Part shown: piece by piece, positions 25,425 to 38,440 of the stretch | How positions within the stretch are numbered: position 1 is the first letter of the stretch | How the letters are laid out: each line of letters begins with the position of its first letter | Assembly: GCA_951406725.2 (NCBI GenBank) | Contig: OX597826.1 | Span: 9,548,001 to 9,612,000, forward strand | DNA: 64,000 nt | DNA from: Octopus vulgaris | Lineage: Eukaryota | Direction: 5' to 3' | Notes under the pieces: generated by a model | Databases searched by the model: none | Seen by the model: the letters and a program-made list of their open reading frames with translations, nothing else | What the model was told of the DNA's origin: nothing | Made by a program: the position numbers and the translations under genes

Positions 25425-25860
25425 TATCATCATCATTTTAACATCCACTTTTCCATGCTTCCATGGGTTGGACTGAGTTTGTTGGAGAAGATTTTCCAGG
25501 GGGAGATGCCCTTCCTATGACCAACCTTCATCTGTTTCCAAATAAAGTAATGTTTTCTCTTGGCCAGACATGTTTTCACAGGATATTGGAAATGAACGAC
25601 ACTGCTTGCATGACAGTGACACTCATTTACAACTATCATGCAAGGAGACACTAACACACACATACATGTGTGTGTGTGTGTTGTGTACATACTCTAGGCT
25701 TCTTTCAGTTTCCATCTACCAAATCCACTCGTAAGGCAATGGTCAGCCCAAGGCTATAGTAGAAGACATTTTCCCAAGGTGCCACACAGTGGGACTGCGG
25801 AATAACCTGAAGCCATATGGTTGGGAAGCAAACTTCATAACTACAGAGCTACACCTGTAC
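25425..25860 (-). mobile_element. SINE A' (SINE-A head plus RTE-homologous 3' tail)
   Basis: Minus strand: SINE-A head, microsatellite, then GGTTGGTCATAGGAAGGGCATC...GTCCAACCCATGGAAGCATGGAAAAGTGGATGTTAAAATGATGATGA. Confidence 0.75.
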
Positions 25861-25896
25861 CTATGCAATTAACAATATTATTACCTCAAAAAAGAA

Positions 25897-26108
25897 AAGC
25901 AAGAAATTGGTAGAATTGTTAGCATGCCGGACCAAATGCTTAGCAGCATTTCATCCATCTTCTGAGTCTAAATCTGCTGAAGTCAACTTTGTCTTTCATC
26001 CTTTCAGGGTTGATAATATAGGTATCAGTTGAACACTGGGGTTGATGTAATTGATTTACCCACCTCTCCCAAATTGCTGGCTTTGTGCCAAAATTTGAAG
26101 CCAATATC
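25897..26108 (+). mobile_element. SINE family B (degenerate)
   Basis: Homologous to other B copies. Confidence 0.75.
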
Positions 26109-26139
26109 ATTACCTGAAAATTAAATAATCCAAGCATTT

Positions 26140-26601
26140 ACATTATTTACAGTTGACGGATATTTGTCCTCATCTTGTTTGTTGTTAACGCAGTGTTTCG
26201 GCTGATATACCCTCCAGCCTTCATCAGGTGTCTTGGGGAAATTTTGAACCTGGGTTCTCATTTTTTAGGTATCTTTTCGATATTGTTATTATTATTATTG
26301 TTATTATTCAGGTCACTGCCTGGGCATATGGTGTAGTGGTTAAGAACTTGGGCTACTAATCCCAAGATTCCAAGTACGATTCCAGGCAGTGACCTGAATA
26401 ATAATAATAATAACATCGAAAAATACCTTAGGAATGAGAACCCAGGTTCGAAATTTCCCCAAGACACCTGATGAAGGCTGGAGGGTATATCAGCCGAAAC
26501 ATTGTGTTAAAGAACAAACAAGATGAGGACAAATATCCATCAAATGTAAACAATATAAATAATGTACATAATTCCTCATCTCTTAGATATAGAACTGTAC
26601 C
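26140..26601 (+). mobile_element. tRNA-headed, hammerhead-containing element preceded by an inverted partial copy of itself
   Basis: 13 bp TSD AATCCAAGCATTT (26127-26139, 26602-26614); 26140-26323 is the reverse complement of ~26382-26566; tRNA-like head at 26322-26386. Confidence 0.85.
26463..26508 (+). ncRNA. Minimal type I hammerhead ribozyme motif (Penelope-type); inverted, more decayed copy at ~26187-26232
   Basis: GACAC-CTGATGA-A-GGCTG(gagggtatat)CAGCC-GAAAC-ATT-GTGTT: intact core, 5 bp stem II, stem I GACAC/GTGTT. Stem III reads ACAT; ancestral palindromic ACGT is inferred (CpG decay). Confidence 0.7.
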
Positions 26602-26635
26602 AATCCAAGCATTTGTTTCACATCATAAAGATATT

Positions 26636-26849
26636 CTTTTCTACTCTGGGCACAAGGCCCGAAATTTGGGGGGGAGGGTGCAGTCGATTAGATTGACCCC
26701 GGTACGCAACTGGTACTTAATTTATCAACCCCCGAAAGGATGAAAGCAAAGTCAACCTCGGCGGAATTTGAACCCGGAACGTAAAGACAGACGAAATATC
26801 GCTAAGCATTTCGCCCGGCATGCTAACGTTTCTGCCAGCTCACCGCCTT
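26636..26849 (-). mobile_element. Young SINE family B copy
   Basis: 16 bp TSD ACATCATAAAGATATT (26620-26635, 26850-26865); CpGs retained. Confidence 0.92.
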
Positions 26850-28026
26850 ACATCATAAAGATATTAAGAAGCAGATGGGTCATCTTCGTTTGTCATTATA
26901 TTTTCTTTCAAGATGCTTGATCTGTTGACTTGTTTTCCTTTTTGTGTAGTTTTCGTTTAGCCCCAGGTCAGTCCTGATCAGGTATACCTATCAGTCAACT
27001 ATGACCATCCTGTTTTTAATTTCAATCCCGCACGTAATGTTTCTTTCCTTTTATAAAATGACAGTTTTCTGTTAATTACACTCTGTCATCATGATCATTG
27101 TCATTGAAAGCGGATGTTAAACGATAATGAGGATAATGATGACAGTGTGTGTGATTAACAGAAAATTGCCTGCTATTTCTAGCAGGTTGAGTGACAGCAT
27201 ATAGGCTTCCTTGTTGGTCTGCAATCTACAAGGCTTGGATATTGCCTTACTTAAAAATAAAAAGAAAGAAGAAATATAAACATCAATTAATATTGGTTTG
27301 TTTTCTTACATAGTATACTATCTGAATATACTTTGGAATTTTTCTTATTTCTTTTAAATATTAAATACACATTCTCAAAACTAGAGCTCCAGCATGGGCT
27401 TGGCTTTGATAGCTAAAAACAAACTGTGAGACTAAAGAACCTGCAGCATTGTCTTAGTATCAAAGTCGTTGGTATCTTATAGTATTTTTCTTACTCTCGC
27501 GTGGTATATGTGTGTGTGTGATTTAGAGTGTTTACCTCATAGCTCTACACCTAAATACTTCATTTAGTACAGCGAGTCAACGCTTTCACTGATAAAACCT
27601 TCATAAAAATGTAAAATATATCGAGACTTATCTACTGTATTTACCAATGAAAAAGAAAATAAAATTAATATGTGCTATCAACTAATATCTTTTTTCACTT
27701 TTTTTTCTCTGCATATCTGAATATATCTTAGCTTTTTAATAATATTAAGTATACTTTCATCTACTTAACTGTCCATTTGCAACAATCTGTTTGTGACATC
27801 TCTAGCATGAGTAGAACCATTTCATGCAGAAGTCTTCTTTAGTTTGAACATTTTTCATAGAATTAATAATACTCAGCGCAAGATGTTATTGTTGCTGTTT
27901 AGACCCAAGTAAGCTTTCATCATACTGATTCACAATCAAAGACACTCTTGCCACGACCATCTAGTCTTTGTATCTTCTTTTGTTATGGTGGTAGTTACAT
28001 TATGAACTATGTCCCTTTTTTTTTAA

Positions 28027-28246
28027 CCCTTTCGTTACCAACCTGGCTGAAACCGGCTCTGGCTCTCAGTACAAATGTCTTGTTTTCATAAGTTTTGAAT
28101 TAAAATCTTCCACCAAACCTTAGTCACAATTTATGTTCCTAACACTAGTTCAATGTTAACTAAGTTATTTTACTAAATTCTTTGTTATATTTAATGTAAT
28201 TGAAAGAAATACAGAGCATCTCAAAATAAATACAGTAACGAAAGGG
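28027..28246. mobile_element. TTAA/piggyBac-type MITE, family 1
   Basis: TTAA TSDs, perfect TIR CCCTTTCGTTAC / GTAACGAAAGGG; near-identical copy at 60363-60583. Confidence 0.92.
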
Positions 28247-29059
28247 TTAAGAAGCTAGGTATGATTTGAGTGATGTTTGACTGTTGTTTTTTGTAATTTA
28301 AGTGACCCTTTTAGAGGTTTCTTAATTCACTCGGGGTAAAATGTTGTGATGTTAGGTGGTAGCATTAACAGTGTTCAGTACAATAAAGTGATTTGACACA
28401 GCTTGAAATTGGGTCGTAGACTCAGATCAGAACAGCACTTACTCTCACACATCACATCACAAGTAAACTCTAAGTAGTAAAAGATGTATGAAGTTATAGC
28501 TCTGATCCTCTCTCTCTCTCTCATCTGTTGAGTATTTATTATTCTGCTGCAACATATTTCGAACAATCTAAATGGCAGTAAAACACAAGGCAACATTAAT
28601 ACTAACAGAAGTTTAGAAATAAAGAGATAGTTTCTGAGAATTCTCCTTCATAAGTTTCAAGTCAAATGGAAAGAGATATATTATTCACATGTCCGCTATG
28701 CGCTTCACAAAATCTATTGTGTATGGCAATGAAAACATTCTGCTGAGTTATAAAAAGCTACTTCAAAGACTCATTAAAAATACCCTTCAAAGACTACGGC
28801 ATTAACATTACAGTTTGGAAACTACTGGTTACAACATCCTAAATTCATGAACGGAGGCCAAAGCTACCGAGATACTAATAAGTAGGAAGAAAATCCCACT
28901 AAAAGCAGTCTGTCCAAAATCACAACCATTTGGCGCTTGGATGCCATTATCAGAGTCCACTCTATTGTAAGCATTTGGCCCAGGTTTCTGATATGAAGAA
29001 AATCTATTATTAAAGTTGTGCTCCCTCTTTTCCTCAACCCTTCCTCTTCTGACCACACC

Positions 29060-29066
29060 ATTATTA

Positions 29067-29115
<49 letters not shown>

Positions 29116-29187
29116 CATTATTATTATTATTATTATTATTATCATTATTATTATTATTATTATTATCATTATTATTATTATTATCAT
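29060..29187. repeat. (ATT)n microsatellite
   Basis: Directly visible; source of the poly-I and poly-N ORFs. Confidence 0.97.
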
Positions 29188-29571
29188 AAGACTTCAAATT
29201 TTATCCATGTGTGCACTACATATGGAGGAGACATCTTCACCTAGATTGACCTGACCTGGCTAGTCTTCTTTGAATATGCTATTATTTGTAATTATCTGAG
29301 ATCATAATCATCATTTGCCTGCAGTAGATGATTAACATAGGATTAATTAATTACAAAGAATTTAATGGAAAATAATTTAGTCTTTCTCTAGTTATTTGAA
29401 TTCATTAAAATAATTACGTTGTGTTATTGGAATTCATTAAAATAATTTACTACTGTTGCATTATTAGAAGTTTGCTAAGAGAGAGAAAAAGTACGGCCAT
29501 AGAAAGCAGATGATTGTTGATACTATTTTGAAAGTATGGTCATGTGAAAAGAAGAAATAATACTTCTTACT

Positions 29572-29961
29572 GCACAGGCATGGCTGTGTGGTAAGAAGCT
29601 TGCTTCCCAACTGCATGGTTCCAGGTTCAGTCCTACTGCATGGCACCTTGGGCAAGTGTCTTCTACTATAGCCTCAGGCTGATCAAAGCCTTGTCAGTGG
29701 ATTTGTTAGACGGAAACTGAAAGAAGCCCATCGTATATATATATATCTATGTGTGTGTGTGTATCTTTGTATTTGTCCCCCACTACCACTTGACAAACCA
29801 GTGTTGGTGTGTTTACGCCCTCATAATTTAGCAGTTCAGCAAAATAGATCAATAGAATATGTACCAGGCTTAAGAAAAAAATTAATGTAGTGGGGTTGAT
29901 TTTTTTTAACTAGGTGATGCCCCAGCATCACCACTGTCTGACTGAAACAAGTAAAAGATAA
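29572..29961 (+). mobile_element. SINE family A
   Basis: Head, microsatellite and tail all present. Confidence 0.88.
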
Positions 29962-30034
29962 GTGGGCAGTTTTTTAATATATTTTTGTTTCACTTTAAGC
30001 CGCTAAATCCTACATAATCTTGAAATCTTAATAA

Positions 30035-30255
30035 TAATTCTTTCTAAATTTGGCCTGAGGCCAGCAATTTTGAAGGGAGGGTGCAAATTGATTACATCAA
30101 CCCCAATATTTGACTGGTATTTCATTTTACTGAATCAGAAAGAATGAAAGCCAAAATTGACTCCTAATGGTATTTGAAATCAGAATGCAAAGAGCTGGAA
30201 GAACTGCCACCAAGCATTTTGTCCAATACACTAATGTTTCAGCCAGATTGCTGTT
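30035..30255 (-). mobile_element. Old SINE-B-related copy
   Basis: Degenerate reverse-complement match. Confidence 0.55.
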
Positions 30256-30304
30256 TTAATTATAATTACCATAATAATTATTTCCAATTTAGGTACAACT
30301 TTAG

Positions 30305-30532
30305 GTAAAAGCACCTATGTGGTGCCACTTAAAAGCGCTTGTTACAGTGCCACGTAAAAGTACCCAACACATTCTGTAAAGTGGTTGGCATTAGGAAGGG
30401 CATCCAATTGTAGAAACCATGCCAAATCAGACTGGAATTTGGTGCAGCACCCCAGCTTGTCAGCTCTGGTCACACCATCCAACCCATGCCAGCATGGACA
30501 GTGAATGTTAAATGATGATGATGATGATGATG
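30305..30532 (+). mobile_element. RTE 3'-end fragment (diverged subfamily)
   Basis: Short GTGCCACGTAAAAG units, conserved terminal region, (TGA)n. Confidence 0.78.
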
Positions 30533-30651
30533 ACTAGTCAATACCATCAACTCTAGTACTTTATTTTATCAACCCCAGAAGGATGAAAAAGCAAAATTCT
30601 ACTTGTTCACTACTGCCCTAATAATAATAATAACAATATGTAGTATTATGT

Positions 30652-30988
30652 ATGAAGGTGCATGGCTCAGTGATTAGAGAGTTGGGCTCACAATCATAAG
30701 GTAATGAGTTTGATTCTTGGACCGGGTTGTGTGTTGTATTCTTGAACAAGACACTTTATTTCACGTTGCTCCCGTTCACTCAGTTGTAGAAATGAGTTGC
30801 GACATCACTGGTGCGAAGCTGTAGCAGCCTTTGCCCTTTCCCTTGGACAACATCAGCAGCATAGAGAGAGGAGGCTGGTGTCCATGGGCTTTTGATGGTC
30901 TTCCATAAGCAACCTTGCTCAGACTTGAACCTCTGGAGAGTAACTTTCTAGGTGCAATCCCATGGTTATTCATGACCGAAGGGGGTTC
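30652..30988 (+). mobile_element. tRNA-derived SINE sharing its head with family C but with a different tail
   Basis: GGTGCATGGCTCAGTGATTAGAG...TTCTTGAACAAGACACTTTATTTCACGTTGCTCC..CACTCAG..GAAATGAGTTG matches the head of 44708-45022. Confidence 0.7.
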
Positions 30989-31223
30989 TATTAGTATTAT
31001 GTGACCCCACCCATCAACTCTTGGAGTGGTTATTTCACTTTTTCTATGGACTCCATTGGCTGGTGTGAGAGACACATTTCATCGTCTGAGTAGTACAAAT
31101 TATGTTTATCAAAGGCAAAAGGTTTTAAAGTTCAGAAGTGGTCGTTACAGACATGTCATTAAACAGTGAAATTAACGCTAAAAGAAGCATTACAGTAATT
31201 TATATGATAGTATTTCCTTTTGT

Positions 31224-31678
31224 CTTTTGTTTCAGTCATTGGGATGTGCCCATACTGGGGCATCACCTTGAAAGGTTTTAGTCAAACAGGTTGACCACCA
31301 GTACTTATTTTTTCTAAGTCTGGTACTTATTTTACCCATCTGTTTCGCCGAACCTCTAAGTTATGAGAACATAAACAAACCAACACCAGTTGTCGAGTGA
31401 TGGTGGAGGAACAAATACTGGTGCATGCACACATACACACTCACGTATGTGCATGTGCACATACACACATACACGTGTGTGTGTGCATGCACGCGCATAT
31501 ATGATTGTGTATGTATGTGTGTGTACACAAGCTTACTGTGAGAATTGTACCAAATCCATTCACAAGGCACTGGTCAACTCAGGGCTTTCATAGAAGACAC
31601 TTAACCCAGATTCCATGCAATGGAACTGAACCTAAAACTACTTGATTGAGAAGCAAACTTCTTAACCACACAGCTATG
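31224..31678 (-). mobile_element. SINE family A (old)
   Basis: Degenerate match. Confidence 0.7.
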
Positions 31679-32575
31679 ATTTCATAAACTGACCCTGGGC
31701 TGCAAATGTCCAGTTGATCAAATCAACTGCATTATGTACCCTTTAGTTGCTACCTCGATATATCTAACCAACAAAGGAGCCACCTCGTGACTTTTAACCT
31801 GCTAGAAATAGCAGACAAATCTCCCTCAAATCATATCCTGCACTATGGCTGAATAAAAAGCAGGGGTAGTCATAACTAGAACGCTTTTGATTATAAGTAT
31901 CCTCAACCAAAACTGATATGGTCTAAACAATAACAATAATTTCAGCATAGAGTTTGTAATCAAATCTTCTCCTGTGTGTTTTGGGACAAGGACTTTATTT
32001 TCCATTAACCTAGCTCTCAGAATAGGCCCCAGATCATCTGGGAATTTAATCTGTGGTAACTCTATATTCTGTCCAGGAGAAGATTTATCACTCAATCGCA
32101 TAAAGCCATGAAACTTAAGTTAAGTACCAACACTTAAAAGCTTCTCAGGGCTGAAGAAGAATTTGTAGTTTTACGTTTCAATTTACAATATATGTCATGT
32201 ATTTATTTTATTAAGCCCAAGGGGACAGAAAATGAAAAACCTTGCCCAAAAATCTAACATGAACAATAAGGGTTTTTAATTTTGTCATGAGGCCACAAAT
32301 TTAAGGAAAGGGTTTTAGTTCATTTGAGTGATCATAGTATGTGACAACAGATACTTATTTTATTGATCCTATGGGGATGAAAGACAAAGCCTACTCCATT
32401 ACAATTTCAGTTTACAAAATACAGAGACAAAACTATAGATATCATAAAGTACATGGTTAGATGCTCTACCAATTATGTTATTTCACTACCCTAATAATAA
32501 TTTCTCATGTCAGCACATGACTGTAAAATGTGTTGGGGAGAGGTCTTCAATTGAATTAACCCTGTACATGACTGA

Positions 32576-32636
<61 letters not shown>

Positions 32637-32638
<2 letters not shown>

Positions 32639-32857
32639 TGGCAGAATTGTTAGCAGGCTGAGCAAAATACTTAGCGGCATTTTGTCTGTCTTCACATTCT
32701 GAGTTCAAATTCTGGGATGGTCCACTTTGCCTTTCTTCCTTTCAAGGTTGATAAAATAAGTACTGGTTGAGCACTGGGGTTGATGTAATTGACTTAACCA
32801 CTCCCCCAAAATTGCTGACCTTGTGACAGCAATTATGCCAAAATAGGAAACCATTAT
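32637..32857 (+). mobile_element. SINE family B
   Basis: Homologous to other B copies. Confidence 0.8.
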
Positions 32858-33264
32858 CATAAAGGAGAATGATGGGCAAAGTAAGTCCTGTAATTGTTCT
32901 AAATTAGAAGAAACAGGGATAGAATTATACACCGTAAAGTATTTAGTCCAAGGTTCTTTCTGTTTCGGAACCTCTATGTGGATCCTTGACTTGCTAGAAA
33001 TAGCAGACAAATATCTTTCAGATCAAACCCTACCATCCTAGAAAAGAAGACTACATTGGATGATGTGTGATCTTAGGGGTATGGTTTCTAGAAGAAAGAA
33101 AGATGTTTCAAAATATGTGGATACTTGACTTGCAAGAAATAGCAGACAAATATCCTTCAAATCATACCCTACCATCTTAGAAAATAAGGCTACATTAGAT
33201 TATGTGACCCAAATTGTACTACATCTTGGGGTGAAAAATGAGTTTTCAGGATACAAGACATTGC

Positions 33265-33631
33265 TGCTAGTCTAACGAAATTTACTTCAGCATTGAATAT
33301 GTTTCAGCCATAGTAATAATACATGTTTCGATAATGAATATATCACAGCTAGTTTCAATATTGGACTTATCGCAGGTAGACTAATAAATATATGCTTCAA
33401 TATTGAACATATCCCAGCTAGATAAATAAATGCAAATGTCAGTACTGAACATATCATAGCTAGTTTGGCACTACATGTCTCAGTATTGAACAGCTAGATT
33501 AATAAATACATGTGTCAGCATAGAAGATATCTCAAATAGACCAAACAGTACATGCTTCAGTATTGAAAATATCCCAGTTAGTCTAAAAATACATGCTTCA
33601 ATATTGGAAATGTCCCTGCTAAACTAATAAA
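33265..33631. repeat. Degenerate ~42 bp minisatellite (about 9 units)
   Basis: Consensus approx. CATGCTTCAGTATTGAACATATCCCAGCTAGACTAATAAATA. Confidence 0.75.
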
Positions 33632-34612
33632 TCCCAAAAAAAAAAAAAGAAAAAAAAAGTAAGAAAGGAAGAAAGGAATATTAAATCCATCATCAGTTAC
33701 AATTCTGTAGTTTTCACCACTATGTAGTCTGATTCCATGTTACCACTTATCTCTCTCTAGCCATCTCTGTCTTTTTCTCTCGTTAAATTACCTCATTATT
33801 GATGGATAGATTTTGCATGTGTTTATCATTGTATTTGTTAATAATGATAACAGAAACATTATTATTATTATCATCATCTTCATCATCATTTTCTATTGTT
33901 CCTCTCATCGTTTGCCCTGGTGGCGAATAAAAGAAATCATTATTATTGTTATCAATAATAATAATAATGATAATTTTTCATTTTAATTGCTCTGGCAATG
34001 TAGTCTACTTATCACTTAGCTGACATATCACTCCATCCTTTGATAATACAGAACATTAATTCCTTATTTTTACGTTCTGCTATACTGTAGCCTTTAACCA
34101 TTATTACTTAGATTATTAACAAATTGATGTGCATTTCACAGAAGCAAAGTACTTCATTCAATTTTTCCCTGTTTTGTTTTTTCTATTTCCTCTCATCTAA
34201 TCTAAGAATCTAATGAGAAGATCTGAAGCATTTTTTGCTTCTACCCTGCCAAAATTTGGATCATTCTTCCATCATATTTGATCTTCATATGTATAACTGT
34301 TTAACATCACTATATTTTTTGTATTTTTAATTTTTTTTGTTTTATAATCATTTTACAACTATATTTTTTTTAAATAAGTATTCGTATGGGTTAGAAAGCT
34401 TTATAGTTATCCGTATTTGTAAAAGAATAGTTATTTTGTTATTGGTTTCAGTCATTGCATTGTGGCCATGCTGGGGCACCACTTGCAGCCCTTAGTATTT
34501 TGTTTCACTCTGGTATATATTTTATCAATCTCTAATTGACTGACTGCTACTACAGGACATAAAAGGACAAAGACATAGACAGCACAAGTTTTTAGACTAC
34601 ATACACAATATA

Positions 34613-34849
34613 TATATATTTCTTTACTACCCACAAGGGGCTAAACACAGAGGGGACAAACAAGGACAGACAAAGGGATTAAGTCGATTACATCGACCCC
34701 AGTGCGAAACTGGTACTTTATTTATCAACTCCCGAAAGGATGAAAGGCAAAGTCGACCTCGGCAGAATTTGAACTCAGAACGTAACGTCAGACGAAATAC
34801 AGCTAAGCATTTCGCCCAGAGTGCTAACATTTCTGCCAGCTCTCCTATG
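34613..34849 (-). mobile_element. Young SINE family B copy (long-tail subfamily)
   Basis: 20 bp TSD TAGACTACATACACAATATA (34593-34612, 34850-34869). Confidence 0.92.
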
Positions 34850-34881
34850 TAGACTACATACACAATATAGTGTGTGTGTGT

Positions 34882-35185
34882 GTGAAGGCAAGTGGCCTAG
34901 TGGTTAGGGTGTTGCACTCGTGTTTGTTAGATTGTAGGTTCAGTTCCTGGACCAGACAACACTTTGCATTCTTGAGCAAAGCACTTCATTTCACATTGTT
35001 CTGAGATCATTTCAAAATCTGACGTGTGGCACACTTGTGCACTCGTACAGGAAATACTGGTTTGATGGAGGGGGTGAACTTATGTGAACACAAACATTTG
35101 ATCAATACAAACAAATCATCTGTGTGGTTGTTCAGCAAGTAATTGCAAAACCCTTGTCCATTGTTTAATGATGGGAGAGTCCATA
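34882..35185 (+). mobile_element. SINE, family C-related
   Basis: Homologous to 18588-18890. Confidence 0.78.
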
Positions 35186-35356
35186 ATATATATGACAGGC
35201 TTCTGCACAGTTCCTGTCTATCAAATTCTACTTGGAAGATATTGGTCAACCCAAGGCCTTCTTTTGACTTTCTGAAAGATTGGATGTAGTAAGAAACTCT
35301 GAGTAGTAATGAAACAAATCATCAACTTTAGAGGAATGATGATCTCTACTAAGTTA

Positions 35357-35735
35357 CTCTCTTTTACTCTTTAACTTGTTTCAGTCATTTGACTGTAGTC
35401 ATGCTGGTGCACCACCTTTAGTCGAGCAAATCGACCCCAGGACTTATTCTTTGCAAGCCTAGTACTTACTCTATTGGTCTCTTTTGCCGAACTGCTAAGT
35501 TACAGACAATGTTGGTGGGACAAACACAGACACACAAACACACACACACACATATATACATATACATATATACGACAGGCTTCTTTCAGTTTCCATTTAC
35601 CAAATCCACTCACAAGACTTTGGTTGGCCCAAGGCTATAATAGAAGACACTTGCCCAAGGTGCCACGCAGGGGGACTGAACCCAGAACCATGTGGTTGGT
35701 AAGCAAGCTACTTACCACACAGCCACTGCTGTGCC
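35357..35735 (-). mobile_element. SINE family A
   Basis: Matches 15141-15544 with an internal deletion. Confidence 0.88.
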
Positions 35736-36199
35736 TGAGTATTTTTATTTAATTATATTACTATTGTCTAATACTTACCAAACTTGTAAGATAGAACTTC
35801 AAGGTTGATTTGGGCAAAGAGGGCCCTAAATTGTTCACACACACATATACAATTGCTCAGTTTTCATCTTTCAAATTTCTGCCACAAGGTTTCGGTAGAC
35901 AACACTTGGTCAAAGTGCAGAGCTGTGATATCAGACTTGGAACCCCCTGATTGCCAAGTAAACCTAATGACACAGCTGTCTTTGAGATTGCCAGAGAAAT
36001 TGTAAGTCCAAGCGTTTATACTTATAGCAACCTCAAGGTGTTCGTTGTTCATGGATGATGGGTCCTGTTCAGTACAGTTTCTTTGGTATTTGTCTAGCTA
36101 TGATCAAAGGCAATACAGCCATGTCCAATCTCCTTTTTCTCAGACACAAGCAAACCCAGCACAGCATGAAGCCATTGTGTTCTTTTCTAAGATTGTAAT

Positions 36200-36675
36200 G
36201 TTACACTCTCAGAGTGGTTGGTGTTAGGAAGGGCATCCAGCTGTAGAAACCTTGCCAAAGCAGGCACTGGAGATCCACATGGCCCTCAGGCCAGTCAGAT
36301 CCTGCTGAACCATCCTACCCATGCCAGATGGACATTACATAATAATAATAATAATCCTTTCTACCATAGGCACAAGGCTCGAAATTTATGAGGAGTGGGT
36401 AAGTTGATCCCATCTATCCTAGTACCTGACTGGTACTTAAATCTATTGACCCCAAAAGGATGAAAGATAAAATCAACCTCAGCAGAATTTGAACTTGTAA
36501 TGTAATGCATGCCAGGCAAAATACTTAGCAGTATTACGTTCTGAGTTCAAATTCTGCCAAGGTTGACTTTGCCTTTCACCCCTTTCAGGGTCGATAAGAT
36601 AAGTACCAGTAGATATAATAGACTGGCCCCCTCCCCTTAAGTTGCTGCCCTTGTGGCAAAATTTAAAACCATTAT
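36200..36675. mobile_element. RTE 3' fragment (+, 36200-36340) followed by two head-to-head partial SINE-B copies (- 36355-36493, + 36505-36675)
   Basis: Sequence matches to the families above. Confidence 0.7.
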
Positions 36676-37372
36676 TATTATTATTAAAGAAATTATTATT
36701 ATTATTATTATTGTTGTTGTTGTTATTGAGTGAGAGAGAGAGAGAGAGCAACACATGCCATCAAAGAGACACTGGGGTACAAATATATGAAGCCCAATAT
36801 ACCCATCATGACTACTAATCTGATAAGGGTACACCAGGCACTTGCATCACTACTATATGTATGCAATATAGTAATCTCATATCATGATAAACAGCACATG
36901 ACCTTGCAGCTGGGGTCCAGGTAGAATTTTCTTCAGGTTGAGTAGACCATCCTACACAGAAGGTTCCTGAATAAAGGTTATTTAAGGATGTTGAATGAAA
37001 TACCCATGTTTCCAGAGGTGAATTATCCAAACCCCGAAGAATTCCTCTCAACACATGGCAATGATGCTGTTATTATTATGTTAACACAAACATTTGATCC
37101 CTATAAAAAACAATCATCTGTATGGTTGTCCAGCAAGAAATTCATGGAACCCTTGTTCATTGTTGAATGACAGAAATTCATAATATATATATGACAGGCT
37201 TATAATAATGGTTTCAAATTTTGGCACATAGCCAGCAATTTTGGGGTAGGGAGTAAGTTGATTACATCAAACCCCAACAGGACGAAAAGCAGAGTCGACT
37301 TCAGCAGAATTTGAACTCAGAACATAAAGATTTTGCCCAGAATGCTAACGATCTTGCCAGCTTGTTCCTTGT

Positions 37373-37419
<47 letters not shown>

Positions 37420-38440
37420 CACCACCATCATGTAGTAGTAGTAGTATGAATCTAAAGGAGCTTTGTTTTGCTATTTCTAACCTGTGGCCATGTAAAAGCT
37501 CTGTCATTTACTCAAGAAAGGCTGAAGAGGGGCAAAAGAGTCATCACCGTTTCTGTCAGTGTGGGTGAGTGTGGTTAGCAAGGAAAGAAAGAAGTTGGTT
37601 ATTAATGTAAGAAAGAGCTTCAGAAATGAAACCAACATATGTCGTGCAACTGAGCATGTGCCATCATTGTCCTGGTGGTGGTGTTCACTTTACATTTGCT
37701 TTTTACGCTGGCATGAGTCGGATGGGTTGTTGCTACTCTCTTAGATGGGGTGAATGACCACATCTTTTGCATTTTATTATTTTCCTTTTGCTTCTCCTCT
37801 TTTTCCCTTTAGCTTGTTTCCCCACCACTGTCATACCCTATGACAGGAATTCTATATATGTGTGTGTATGCATGTGTGTGTGTGCATACATGTGCGTATG
37901 TGTGTATGCATGGATGAGCATGTGTGTAAATTCCATCATTTCTTCTGTCGTATCTTGCCTGAAGGACCCTGTTCAACCACAGATTTATTTCCTGCAAGTT
38001 TGACAAATACCTGACAATGAAATTGTTGATTTCCAGATAAGAAAGAAAATGTGTGCCAATATTTATTACTTTCCCAAAGGTATTAAAGAAAATGGTAAAA
38101 CACTGACTTTCCATCTTTTCAGAATTAAAATAGTACCAATTACATTTTGAGTTTAGTAATATTGGCTCTACTCCTTCCTCTACAATCTTGTATCTTTCCA
38201 TCAGTTCACTGTTAGAAGAATGGGCAAAATTTTTAGAGCAGCAGATATAATGCCTTGCAGTGTTAGTTAGAGTTCCTTATTTCCTGAGTTCCAATCCTGT
38301 CATGGTAAACTTTGATCAAATAAAGTAACAGTCATATACTGGAGTCAATATAATTGATTATTCTCTTTTCTGAAATATCTAGCCTTGTATCTGATTTGAC
38401 TCTTAGAACAAATGTTTAGTGGTATTTCTTTTCACTTCTT

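Noticed and set aside
36765-37070. Segment that looks like another interspersed repeat
   Set aside because: Single occurrence in the window with no diagnostic motifs, so it cannot be classified from this sequence.
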